Below, piece by piece: positions 1 to 10,688 of a stretch of DNA of 45,544 nucleotides. The stretch lies in contig JBIKMR010000002.1 of NCBI GenBank assembly GCA_044359155.1, forward strand, positions 1-45,544. The letters run 5' to 3'. The stretch comes from Candidatus Hydrogenedentales bacterium (GTDB lineage: Bacteria; Hydrogenedentota; Hydrogenedentia; Hydrogenedentales; JAEUWI01). Position 1 is the stretch's first letter. Every line of letters begins with the position of its first letter. The notes below the pieces were generated by a model that was not told the DNA's origin, did no database searches, and worked only from the letters and a program-made list of their open reading frames with translations. Both the position numbers and the translations under genes were made by a program.

Positions 1-3000
1 ACGGAGTAGTCCCCCACTGCGGACTCATCCACGGCGGAGAGGTCGGCCACGATGTCCGTAGTCAAGTCTTCGCCACAGCCGCCATTGGCCGTCGCGCCGG
101 GATCGGAGTAGGTGGTATTGATCTCTAATTGGATCGGGTCTAAACCCACAAGCGTGAGGAAGGGATCCGGGTCGTCGGCCTCGTACGCGCCAATGTCGTA
201 GGTGCAATCCGTGCTGCGAATGGTGCGTGCCTGTCCATCGGCGTCGCTTACCACATAGCCGTATATCTTGCCGCTGGTGTCCACGCCACTGTCGATGGCG
301 GGCGAGCCTGCCACCGGGCGCAGGTCTCCGGGGTCGGAACCGTCCACGGGCGGCGTAGCGAATTGCGGGTCGGTGTCCACCACGTTGCTTCCCGCAAACC
401 CACCTTCCACGATGCAGTTTTCGAGGATGGGCGCATTCAGGCCCACCGAGGTGACCTGGTTGGTGACCACGCCGTCTCCCCACAGGATGCAGTTGAGTAG
501 CCGCGCCTGGTTTACGCCACTGTTGCTTACGTATAACGATTCGCCCTGCGGCGTGGGGATACTGGTGGAAGCGTTTAACGCGAAGGTGCAATTCGCCACG
601 TTCACGCCCGAATCGATGATGGCCATGCCCGCGCCCAGGTCGCCGGTGTTGTCGATGAACTGGCAATTGGCCACCACCATGCTTGTGCTCAGCTCGAACT
701 TCAGGCCGCCGCCTTCTTCAAAGGTATTGTTCTGGTAAAACACGCAGTTCGATACCACCGAGTCAGAGTTTGCAGAGAAATACACTGCGCCGTTGTTGCC
801 ACCAGAAAAGGCGAACCTGATGCCGTCGAGCATCACGCCGCTTGCGCCAAAGAACAACGAGTCGGAATTGTCGCCGTTCATAATGCTCAGGTTTACCAGC
901 GGGTTGCGCTGGCTGCGCACCGTGTCGCCGTTGGTAAAACCGCCATAGATGCGCTGGCCGCTGGACAGGGTGAGGCCGGATTCGTTGTAGGTTCCCGCGT
1001 CGATCCATATTTCCGAATTTGCTCCGGCGTCCGAAAGCCCTAGCCCAACCGTCTGGCACGCGGACGCCCAGGTGTCGCCGCACGGCAGGCCGGAATTGGG
1101 CGAGTCGGAATCGACCAGCACCACGTCGTTGAAGACCGCAACGAAGCCTTCTTGCGCGCCGGAGTATCCTTTGTCGAAACCGTTGGACGAGGGGAAGTTG
1201 GTCGAGGTGGTCTGCCCCGCCACATAGATGCGCCCCAGCGAATCGGTGGCCACATCGGTTATCGTGTCTACGCCGCGCCCGCCGAAGTAGGTGCGCCAGT
1301 CATCAGCATAGGGAGGCGTGCTGTTTATGTCTGGCAGGCGAATGATCATCCCGTCGTTGTTGCTTGCGTCGTCGCCGACTTGCTGGTTGGGGTTGAGAGT
1401 GGACTGAACGGTTTCGAATTCGGAGGCGACCGTAAGCAGGTCTGTGGAGTTTGTAGCCCCCCCAAGCACTAAGCCGGTAGTGCCTATGGCGGCAATGTCG
1501 CGCAGGCCATCGCTGCCGTTGCCGCCAATGTAATAGGCGTGATTCAACGTGGGCACCACGCCTGGTAGGGTAATCTTGGCGAGGAAGCCGTCCTCGGCGC
1601 CGCTTAGGGTGGTGCCGAGGTTGGCGGGCAGGTCGGTGGAAGCCGTGCGTCCCACGATGTGCATGGCCGTGCCCACTGCCACCACGCCCTGGGCGAAGTC
1701 CAGCGCGTTGCCGCCAAGGTAGCTGCTGAAGATAAGCGTGCTGTTCGCCACGGACTGGCTGGTGTCGAATGCCGCCACAAAGCCGTCCAGCGCGTCGGGT
1801 ATAACGCCACTATTGAAGCTACCCAGGAAGGCGTTTTTCAGCGTGAGCCCGTCAAAGGTCTGGCCCACCACCACGGCACGGTTGCTGTCTATCGCCGCAA
1901 TGCCCAAGGGACGGGCGTTCTGCGCGCCAAGGTAGGAAGAGTACTGGCGGGCAAAAGTCTCGGGGCCGACGGCGTAATCCAGCGATTGGAAGAATACGTC
2001 CACCGTGCCGCTAAAAGTTCCGTCGAAAGGAAATGCAGACAGGGGGATGTCGTTCGATGCAGTCTCACCAGCAAGGTAGACGCGGCTGCCAATATTCGTT
2101 AGGGCAGCGATGGTGTCCACGCCCGTGCCGCCCACGTAAGTCAGGTTATTGATGCCTGTGCCGAAGGGGTCCAGGGACAACACAAAGCCGTCGCTGTTGG
2201 TGGTGTTCGCGCCGTCGTTCAGCGTGCCGTCCAAGGGGTTGACCGTGGGCAGGTCGGTAGAGGTCGTCGTGCCGCCCACAAAGATCGCGTCCTCCGTCGC
2301 GGCATACAGCCCAATGTCCGATGCCGTGTCGGTGCCCGAGCCGCCCACGATGGTGAGCCACTCGAGTGTCTTTGCGCCGTTGGCATAGGGGTCAATCTTG
2401 GCCACGTAGATGTCGCGATCGCCCTGCGTGCCCAAGTTGCTGGTAGCGGTGATGCTCAAGCCCTCGGTGCTGCCTGCGGTGTAGAACGCCGGGCGCGTTC
2501 CCGAATTCTTGGAGACAATGCCGGCGCCCGCGTCGAACGCGCTGCCTGCAATCAGGGTGCTGTAGGTGAGCAGCGGATCGATGACCAGCGTGTGCGCCGC
2601 GTTGTGCGCGCCCACTTCAAAGCCCAGGCTGCCATCGGCGTGCTGGGTGTAGTGGCCGCTCACCGGCACGCGCGCGCCGTTGATTTCCTGGAAGAGCACC
2701 GGCGCGTGTTGCAACACGGTGCCCCCGTTGATGGTCAGTTCAAGCGCACCGCCTTCAGTGATCGACGCAGTGGAGGCCCCCTCAAAGCGGATGCGGATTT
2801 CACTGAAATCTGCGCCGGGCGCAACAATGAAGTCGTACTCCAGTTCGCCCTTGTTCGGGTAGTAGACCACGTCGATGCCGGGGTACACGTCGGCATACTG
2901 GGCGCGTTCGTGCAGGGGAGCGCCTATCGTCCAAAGGGATGGGTCCCGCCCCTTCAGGTAATTCACCCGACCCGGCAGCAGGCCCACGCCCGCACCGATG

Positions 3001-3260
3001 GGGCCATCGTTCGCGCCTTCGAGCACAAGGCGGAGCGGCTCCGCACCCGGCACATACAACGAAGCATTGCCGCGCGAAAGCGATAGGGCAAAGCCCTTGC
3101 CGCGCGCGAGGAAATCCACGCCTGCATCAAGTTGCCCAAGGTTGGTCTCAAACACCAGGGGGAGCGGGTCTATTGTTGGCTGGGCCGTGCCCGCCACCGC
3201 GCTGTTCCCCAATAGCAACACCGCTGCCCCAACCAGACAGCCCAGCCAAGCGTTTCTCAT
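1..3260 (-). CDS. Secreted multi-domain surface protein (signal peptide, SBBP-type beta-propeller repeats, right-handed beta-helix region, Ig-like DUF5011-type domain). The C-terminus lies beyond the window edge.
   Basis: Not in the supplied ORF track because it has no stop inside the window. Reverse-complement reading from the ATG at 3258-3260 gives MRNAWLGCLVGAAVLLLGNSAVAGTAQPTIDPLPLVFETNLGQLDAGVDFLARGKGF..., a signal peptide followed by a PLxFExNxGQ-type N-terminus. I hand-checked the frame at 3000-3260, 1500-1560, 720-780 and 3-35, and it stays open. No listed minus-strand ORF uses this frame. There are about 6-7 repeats such as TYVGGTGVDTIAALTNIGSRVYLAGETASNDIP and RTYFGGRGVDTITDVATDSLGRIYVAGQTTSTNFP. 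Beta-helix-like rungs follow (SNCVFYQN, VANCQFIDN, VANCTFALN, LLNCILWGD). YSDPGATANGGCGEDLTTDIV sits at the edge. Confidence 0.8.
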   Translation of the reverse strand, partial: MRNAWLGCLVGAAVLLLGNSAVAGTAQPTIDPLPLVFETNLGQLDAGVDFLARGKGFALSLSRGNASLYVPGAEPLRLVLEGANDGPIGAGVGLLPGRVNYLKGRDPSLWTIGAPLHERAQYADVYPGIDVVYYPNKGELEYDFIVAPGADFSEIRIRFEGASTASITEGGALELTINGGTVLQHAPVLFQEINGARVPVSGHYTQHADGSLGFEVGAHNAAHTLVIDPLLTYSTLIAGSAFDAGAGIVSKNSGTRPAFYTAGSTEGLSITATSNLGTQGDRDIYVAKIDPYANGAKTLEWLTIVGGSGTDTASDIGLYAATEDAIFVGGTTTSTDLPTVNPLDGTLNDGANTTNSDGFVLSLDPFGTGINNLTYVGGTGVDTIAALTNIGSRVYLAGETASNDIPLSAFPFDGTFSGTVDVFFQSLDYAVGPETFARQYSSYLGAQNARPLGIAAIDSNRAVVVGQTFDGLTLKNAFLGSFNSGVIPDALDGFVAAFDTSQSVANSTLIFSSYLGGNALDFAQGVVAVGTAMHIVGRTASTDLPANLGTTLSGAEDGFLAKITLPGVVPTLNHAYYIGGNGSDGLRDIAAIGTTGLVLGGATNSTDLLTVASEFETVQSTLNPNQQVGDDASNNDGMIIRLPDINSTPPYADDWRTYFGGRGVDTITDVATDSLGRIYVAGQTTSTNFPSSNGFDKGYSGAQEGFVAVFNDVVLVDSDSPNSGLPCGDTWASACQTVGLGLSDAGANSEIWIDAGTYNESGLTLSSGQRIYGGFTNGDTVRSQRNPLVNLSIMNGDNSDSLFFGASGVMLDGIRFAFSGGNNGAVYFSANSDSVVSNCVFYQNNTFEEGGGLKFELSTSMVVANCQFIDNTGDLGAGMAIIDSGVNVANCTFALNASTSIPTPQGESLYVSNSGVNQARLLNCILWGDGVVTNQVTSVGLNAPILENCIVEGGFAGSNVVDTDPQFATPPVDGSDPGDLRPVAGSPAIDSGVDTSGKIYGYVVSDADGQARTIRSTDCTYDIGAYEADDPDPFLTLVGLDPIQLEINTTYSDPGATANGGCGEDLTTDIVADLSAVDESAVGDYS

Positions 3261-3435
3261 GCTATTCCTCGCCTTCCCTTGCCCATGCACACTCGACAAA
3301 TTATACCCGATCAGTTGCCAGAGTGATACCCGCAACTTGGTTTTATACGCCTGATTTGGGTAGTCTTCCCGCGCGCTGCCCGGCCAGATTCGGGGCGCAA
3401 TCCCCACCCGCCGCCACGGAAAAGAAAGGCGCGCC

Positions 3436-4560
3436 ATGTCCACTATCCCCGGCTGGAAAGACAACATACTCTTTACTCCCGGCCCCCTGACCACCAGCCG
3501 CACGGTGAAGCAAGCCATGCTGCGCGATCTAGGCTCCCGCGACTTCGAGTTCATCGAGGCCGTGCGTGAGATTCGCGCCGGGCTGCTCGACGCAGGCGGC
3601 GTTACCGGCAAAGGCTACGATGCCATCCTCATGCAGGGCAGTGGCACCTTCAGCGTCGAGGCCGTGCTTGCCAGCACGGTGCCGCCAGACGGCGGCGTGG
3701 CTGTCGTTATCAACGGGGCCTACGGCGATCGCATCCTCAAGATGTGCGAAGTGTTGAAGATTCACGCCGTGGCCGTGCGCTTTGCGGAGGATGTTGCCCC
3801 GAGCGCGGTGGCCATTCGCGAAGCGCTGGCCGGGCAGACCGGGCTGACGCACTTGGCCGTGGTACATTGCGAAACCACCACGGGGATTTACAACCCGATT
3901 GAAGAGATTGGCTTGCTGGCAGCGGAGATGGGGCTGGTCTACTTCGTGGACGCCATGAGCAGCTTTGGCGCGGTGCCCATAGATTTCGAGGCCGCCCGCA
4001 TTGACTACCTCGTCTCCTCGGCCAACAAGTGTATCGAGGGCGTGCCGGGCTTTGGCTTCGTTATTGCCAAGCGCTCAACTCTGGACGCCACCGCAGGCTG
4101 GGCGCGCAGCTTGAGTCTCGACATTCTCGCCCAGCGCAAGGGGCTGGACAGTAACGGCCAGTTCCGATTCACCCCGCCCACCCACACCCTGTTGGCCTTT
4201 CACCAAGCCTTGAAAGAATTGCAGCAGGAAGGAGGCGTGGCCGGGCGTGCCGCGCGCTACCAGCGCAACAACATTGTGCTCGCCGCGGGAATGCGTGAGC
4301 TGGGCTTCCGCGAATACCTGCGCCCCGAATTGCAGGGATACATCATCACCTCGTTCTTGTACCCCGATAACCCGGCCTGGGATTTCGAGACCTTCTACCG
4401 CCTCCTCAACGAGCGCGGCTACACTATCTATCCCGGCAAGGTAAGCAATGCGGACTGCTTCCGCATCGGCAATATAGGCCGCGTCTTCGAATCCGACATC
4501 CGCGACCTGCTCGGTGCGATAGCCGATGTCACCCGTGAGATGGGCCTCAAGCTTCAGTAA
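3436..4560 (+). CDS. phnW: 2-aminoethylphosphonate--pyruvate transaminase
   Basis: 374-aa ORF. N-terminus ILFTPGPLTTSRTVKQAMLRDLGSRDFEF and the SSANKCIEGVPGFGFV (PLP-Lys region) match PhnW/class-V aminotransferases. It lies directly upstream of phnX. Confidence 0.85.
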   Translation: MSTIPGWKDNILFTPGPLTTSRTVKQAMLRDLGSRDFEFIEAVREIRAGLLDAGGVTGKGYDAILMQGSGTFSVEAVLASTVPPDGGVAVVINGAYGDRILKMCEVLKIHAVAVRFAEDVAPSAVAIREALAGQTGLTHLAVVHCETTTGIYNPIEEIGLLAAEMGLVYFVDAMSSFGAVPIDFEAARIDYLVSSANKCIEGVPGFGFVIAKRSTLDATAGWARSLSLDILAQRKGLDSNGQFRFTPPTHTLLAFHQALKELQQEGGVAGRAARYQRNNIVLAAGMRELGFREYLRPELQGYIITSFLYPDNPAWDFETFYRLLNERGYTIYPGKVSNADCFRIGNIGRVFESDIRDLLGAIADVTREMGLKLQ

Positions 4561-4573
4561 AGGAAACCACGCC

Positions 4574-5404
4574 ATGACCTTCCACTACACGCGCAGCTAT
4601 TGCGGTCCCGTCCAATTGGTTGTCTTCGACTGGGCAGGCACCACGGTGGACTACGGCTGCCTTGCCCCTGCGGGCGCATTCCGCGAACTGTTCAGCCGCC
4701 ACGGTATGGAGGCAACCATCGCCCAGGCACGCGGCCCCATGGGAATGCACAAGCGCGACCATATCGCCACCATGCTGGCCATGCCGGAATTGGCGGCCCA
4801 GTGGGTGCGCGCCCACGGCGCGCCCCACACCGACGACGACATTGAGCGCCTGTTCCAGGAGTTCATCCCTATGCAGCTCGACGCGCTGCCGCCCTTCTGC
4901 AAGCTGATTCCCGGTGTGGTGGAAGTGGCCGCCGAATTGCGCGCTCAGGGCATCAAGCTGGGCGGCACCACGGGCTACAACGAAGCCATGATGAAGCTCT
5001 GCATGGACGGAGCAGCCAAGGGCGGCTACGAGCCCGACCACAGCATCGCTGGGAACATGGTGACCGCCGGCCGCCCTGCCCCATGGATGGCCGTGAAGGT
5101 GGCCATGGACCTGAACATCTACCCCTTCGAGTCCGTCGTGAAAGTGGGGGACACCGTCACCGATATTGAAGAAGGGCTCAACGCCGGCATGTGGACTATC
5201 GGCATCACCCGCACCGGCAACGAAGTGGGGCTGTCCGAAGAAGAATGCGCCGCCATGCACCCCGAACAGCTCGATTCCTTGGTGCGCCATGCAGAAAACA
5301 AACTCCGCCAGGCAGGCGCGCACTACGTCTGCGACGGCGTCGCCGACATCCTGCCCATCATCGAAGAGATTGGACTAAGACTGTCGCAAGGCGAGCGGCC
5401 TTAG
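4574..5404 (+). CDS. phnX: Phosphonoacetaldehyde hydrolase (phosphonatase), HAD superfamily
   Basis: The ATG at 4574 gives MTFHYTRSY...VVFDWAGTTVDYGC (HAD DxAGT nucleophile motif) and GPMGMHKRDHI (Schiff-base Lys region). It is 14 nt after the phnW stop. The track start at 4526 is an out-of-context extension. Confidence 0.85.
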   Translation: MTFHYTRSYCGPVQLVVFDWAGTTVDYGCLAPAGAFRELFSRHGMEATIAQARGPMGMHKRDHIATMLAMPELAAQWVRAHGAPHTDDDIERLFQEFIPMQLDALPPFCKLIPGVVEVAAELRAQGIKLGGTTGYNEAMMKLCMDGAAKGGYEPDHSIAGNMVTAGRPAPWMAVKVAMDLNIYPFESVVKVGDTVTDIEEGLNAGMWTIGITRTGNEVGLSEEECAAMHPEQLDSLVRHAENKLRQAGAHYVCDGVADILPIIEEIGLRLSQGERP

Positions 5405-5406
5405 GC

Positions 5407-5781
5407 TCATTGCTTGGCGCGATATTGAACGCCATCAATCCCGGCAAAGTGCGCGTCCTGAGTCCAGAGGGTGGCGTTGTGCAGGCGGGCCGTGGCAAGG
5501 ATGACGCTGTCGGCGAGGGAGAGTTTATGCTGAATGCTGACCTCGGCAGCAAGCAGCGCAATCGGTTCTGTCAGGTCAACGATCTTGGCTATCTGCATCA
5601 GGGCCTGTACACGCATAGCCTCAGCTTCGCCGTGACGTTGTCGAGTAACCCTGTATACTTCGTATACGCTTATCGTCGGGACAAGTAACTTTTCTGGTGC
5701 GCTAAGCGGCGGCAGGAAAAAGCTGATATTCGCGCCATCCACGGCCAATTCCAGCCAACCACAAGAATCCACCAGGTTCAT
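5407..5781 (-). CDS. vapC: PIN-domain ribonuclease toxin (VapC family)
   Basis: The ATG at 5781 gives MNLVDSCGWLE..., with the PIN acidic residues in LVDS, LADSVILATA and TQDAHF, about 124 aa in total. Its start overlaps the upstream antitoxin stop by 4 nt (ATGA). Confidence 0.75.
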   Translation of the reverse strand: MNLVDSCGWLELAVDGANISFFLPPLSAPEKLLVPTISVYEVYRVTRQRHGEAEAMRVQALMQIAKIVDLTEPIALLAAEVSIQHKLSLADSVILATARLHNATLWTQDAHFAGIDGVQYRAKQ

Positions 5782-5987
5782 AGATCGCGTTCCGGGTCGT
5801 CTTCTATCGTTGTATCCATGCCTTTGCATAGTCCATGAATATCATCGATGGTAGGCGTGGGAATGATTTCGATACGATTGCCAATAAGAAGAACACTAAG
5901 CCCCTGACCGGGCCGGAGCTTTAGCGATCTTCCGAATTCGCTTGGAATAACAATCTCGTAATTCGGTGACATCGTTACTTCAGCCAT
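5778..5987 (-). CDS. vapB: AbrB/SpoVT-type antitoxin (VapB family)
   Basis: The ATG at 5987 gives MAEVTMSPNYEIVIPSEFGRSLKLRPGQGLSVLLIGNRIEIIP, a swapped-hairpin looped-hinge-type DNA-binding N-terminus, about 69 aa. It overlaps vapC by 4 nt. An alternative start is the Met at 5972. Confidence 0.65.
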   Translation of the reverse strand: MAEVTMSPNYEIVIPSEFGRSLKLRPGQGLSVLLIGNRIEIIPTPTIDDIHGLCKGMDTTIEDDPERDL

Positions 5988-6122
5988 GGCATGAATTCCT
6001 TGTGTAGCGCCTGCGCTAAGGATAGGGCATATCACCGGAAAGGCACAACCACGTAGTGGTGTTCTTCAAATGATTCCGAGCATACTATCGCCATCCTATG
6101 TGTCCGGGTGCGAGTAGCCATC

Positions 6123-9100
6123 ATGCGTCCAACCAATTTATTTCTCGGGCTTTTAATCTCCTGCGCCATCACCCATGCGCAGGCCCAGCCCCTGCGCTTC
6201 AACCGCGACATCCGCCCCATCCTTTCGGAAAACTGCTTCACCTGCCACGGCCCCGACGCCAATGCCCGCAAAGCAAAGCTGCGGCTAGATGTGGCGGAAG
6301 ACGGGCCTACCTATCGTGGGGCCTATTCCGTGTTCTCGCCGGGCGGGGGAGACGGCGGCGATCTCGTGGCGCGCGTTTTGTCCACAGACCCCGACGAGGT
6401 GATGCCGCCGCCCGCTACCGAGAAACACGTCACCCCCGTGCAGGCCGCGCTGCTTCAGCGTTGGATAGCCGAGGGTGCGCCCTTCGAGGCGCACTGGTCC
6501 TACGTCGCGCCCGAGCGCCCTGCCATTCCCGATCTGCTGGGAGACCCCTGGGTGCGCAACCCGGTGGACGCCTTTGTGCTGGCGCGCTTGCGCACCGCAG
6601 GCATTGAACCCGCCCCCCCTGCCGACACCACCGCGCTGGTGCGACGTCTGCATTTCGACCTTACCGGTCTGCCGCCTACGCCCGAGGTGGTAAAGCAATT
6701 CGCCACCAGCGGTTGCGACGACGCCTATGCCGTGATGGTCGAGGAACTGCTCGCCTCCCCGCACTACGGCGAACGCATGGCCATCGACTGGCTGGACCAA
6801 GTGCGCTATGCCGACACCAACGGCTTCCACAGTGACGAAGTGCGCAGCGTATGGCCCTACCGCGATTACGTCATCCATTCCTTCAACACCAACAAGCCCT
6901 TCGACCAGTTCACCCGCGAGCAACTGGGCGGCGACCTGATTCCGGGGGCCACGATCGAGCAGCGCGTGGCAGCGGCCTACAACCGCATGAATCAACTCAC
7001 CGCCGAGGGCGGCGCGCAACCCAAGGAATACATCACCATCTACGCCGCCGACCGCGTGCGCACCGTGTCTTCCGTTTGGCTCGGGTCAACCCTCGGCTGT
7101 GCCCAATGCCACGACCATAAGTACGACCCCTTCTCAACAAAAGACTTCTACCAGATGTCCGCCTTCTTCGCGGATATCAAAGAGCAGCCCGTCTACGGTT
7201 CCGGCCAGCGCTGGGAACCCGTGATGGAACTGCCCAAGCCGGAACAGACGGCAGAGATGGCCAAGCTCACCAAGCGCGTGGCGCTTATCGAGAAGCGCTT
7301 GACCACGCCCACTCCCCGTATCGAGCGGGCCTTTCAGGAATGGCTGGCGGAAACCGCCCCCAAGCTCGCAGGCCTGGGCGCAAAGCATTGGCGCTACACC
7401 GCGCCCGAAAGCGTGACCGCTGCCAACGGCACCACCTTCCAGATTCTGCCCGACGCCTCCGCGCTTTCCACCGGCCCTTTACCGGTGGACGAGGTCTACC
7501 GCGTAACAATTGCGCCGGGCGAAGGTGAGGTGTCCGGCTTCCGCTTGGAAACCCTGCGGCACGAGTCCTTCCCCAGAGGCGTGGCGCGAGGCAATGGCAA
7601 CTTCGTCTTGTCGGGAGTTGAACTCTGGCTCAAGCGCGAAGGCGCCGAGCCGCAGCAGTTGACGCTCACCGCGCCCGAGGCTACCTTCGAGCAAGCTACC
7701 TGGCCCATCGCCAACGCGCTAGATGCCGACCCCAAGACCGGCTGGGCCGTGTCTGGCCACGAGATTGGCGAGGCCCAAGCCGCCGCCTTCACCTTGTCCG
7801 AGCCGCTGCAACTTACGGCGGCAGACCGCTTCGAGTTGGTGCTGCGCCACGAGTCCGGCCTGGCGGGCCACGCCGTGGGCCGCTTCCGTGTGGCGTGGAC
7901 CGACCTGCGCCACCCGCGCGCCAAGCTGCCGGGGGGCGTGGCCCCAGACTTGCTCTATCCGCTGATGCACCTTGCCCAGGTGCAGGGCGACCCAACAACC
8001 ATGGAAGCCCTGCGCAAGCGCTTCCTTGAAGACTTCGACGATCTGGACGACGAACGCCAACTGTTGGCGGAAACGCGCACCGCCATCGACACGCTGAAGA
8101 AGCAGATTCCCTACGTGATGGAAACCGTGGCCACCGAACCGCTGGTCACCCGCGTGCTAGATCGCGGCAACTGGATGGACGAATCCGGCGAAGTGGTAGA
8201 ACCCGGCACCCCCACCTTCCTGCCCGCGCTCGCTGTAGAAGGCCGCCGCGCCAACCGCCTCGATCTCGCCGAGTGGTTGGTGTCTCCGCAGAATCCCCTC
8301 ACCGCCCGCGTCTTCGTCAATCGCCTCTGGCGCAACTACTTTGGTAAGGGTATATCCGCCGCGCTCGACGACCTCGGCTCGCAAGGCAAGCTGCCCGCCA
8401 ACCCCGAATTGCTCGATTGGCTCGCGGTAGAATTCCGCGAATCCGGTTGGGACGTGAAACACATGGTGCGCCTCATCGTCACCTCCTCCGCCTACCGCCA
8501 AGGTTCCCACGCCCCCGCCGCCGAAGAGAAAGACCCGCTCAACGAGCTTTTCGCCCGCCAGTCGCGCTACCGGCTCGAAGCCGAGCTCGTGCGCGACAAC
8601 GCGCTTGCGGTCGCGGGCCTGCTCACCCCCGCCGTCGGCGGCCCCAGCTTTTACCCTTACCAGCCCGACGGATACTACGCCAACTGCAACACCTTCGGCG
8701 GCGACCTCAGCTATCCCATCTCGCCCGGCGAAGAACAATACCGGCGCGGCATGTACACCTTCTGGAAGCGCTCCTTCCTGCACCCCAGCATGTTGGCCTT
8801 CGACGCGCCCAGCCGCGAAGAATGCACCGCCGACCGCCCCGCCTCGAACACCCCGCTCCAGGCGCTCGTGCTGTTGAACGACCCTACCTACGTCGAGGCT
8901 GCCCGCGTATTCGCGCAACACATCATTGAGCAGGGGGGAGGCACCGCCGACGAACGCCTGCACTTCGCCTTCCAGCGCGCCCTTTCCCGCGAGCCCCTGC
9001 CCGAGGAAGTCGGTCTGCTCACCCAGTTCCTAGAATCGCAAAGCACGCACTACACCGCTGCACCCGAAGAGGCCCAAGCGCTGGTTTCCACCGGGCAATA

Positions 9101-9197
9101 TCCCATGCCCGCAGACTTGTCCAAGCCCGAGCTTGCCGCATGGACCGCCGTCGCCCGCACGATATTAAACCTGCACGAAGTGATTACCCGTCTCTAG
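6123..9197 (+). CDS. PSCyt1 (c-type heme CxxCH) - DUF1549/PSCyt2 - discoidin-like insert - DUF1553/PSD1 protein
   Basis: The ATG at 6123 gives a signal peptide, MRPTNLFLGLLISCAITHAQAQ. FNRDIRPILSENCFTCHGPD is the planctomycete cytochrome-c motif. NPVDAFVLARL...RRLHFDLTGLPPTPEEV is DUF1549-type. CAQCHDHKYDP lies between the DUF1549-type and DUF1553-type segments. ALDADPKTGWAVSG is discoidin/F5-8-C-like. VNRLWRNYFGKGI...DFG is DUF1553-type. Confidence 0.85.
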   Translation: MRPTNLFLGLLISCAITHAQAQPLRFNRDIRPILSENCFTCHGPDANARKAKLRLDVAEDGPTYRGAYSVFSPGGGDGGDLVARVLSTDPDEVMPPPATEKHVTPVQAALLQRWIAEGAPFEAHWSYVAPERPAIPDLLGDPWVRNPVDAFVLARLRTAGIEPAPPADTTALVRRLHFDLTGLPPTPEVVKQFATSGCDDAYAVMVEELLASPHYGERMAIDWLDQVRYADTNGFHSDEVRSVWPYRDYVIHSFNTNKPFDQFTREQLGGDLIPGATIEQRVAAAYNRMNQLTAEGGAQPKEYITIYAADRVRTVSSVWLGSTLGCAQCHDHKYDPFSTKDFYQMSAFFADIKEQPVYGSGQRWEPVMELPKPEQTAEMAKLTKRVALIEKRLTTPTPRIERAFQEWLAETAPKLAGLGAKHWRYTAPESVTAANGTTFQILPDASALSTGPLPVDEVYRVTIAPGEGEVSGFRLETLRHESFPRGVARGNGNFVLSGVELWLKREGAEPQQLTLTAPEATFEQATWPIANALDADPKTGWAVSGHEIGEAQAAAFTLSEPLQLTAADRFELVLRHESGLAGHAVGRFRVAWTDLRHPRAKLPGGVAPDLLYPLMHLAQVQGDPTTMEALRKRFLEDFDDLDDERQLLAETRTAIDTLKKQIPYVMETVATEPLVTRVLDRGNWMDESGEVVEPGTPTFLPALAVEGRRANRLDLAEWLVSPQNPLTARVFVNRLWRNYFGKGISAALDDLGSQGKLPANPELLDWLAVEFRESGWDVKHMVRLIVTSSAYRQGSHAPAAEEKDPLNELFARQSRYRLEAELVRDNALAVAGLLTPAVGGPSFYPYQPDGYYANCNTFGGDLSYPISPGEEQYRRGMYTFWKRSFLHPSMLAFDAPSREECTADRPASNTPLQALVLLNDPTYVEAARVFAQHIIEQGGGTADERLHFAFQRALSREPLPEEVGLLTQFLESQSTHYTAAPEEAQALVSTGQYPMPADLSKPELAAWTAVARTILNLHEVITRL

Positions 9198-9208
9198 GAG
9201 TCTGTCTC

Positions 9209-10645
<1,437 letters not shown>

Positions 10646-10688
10646 TCATGGGAGCGCAGCCACGCGGTGGCGATTCGCGAAGAATGAC

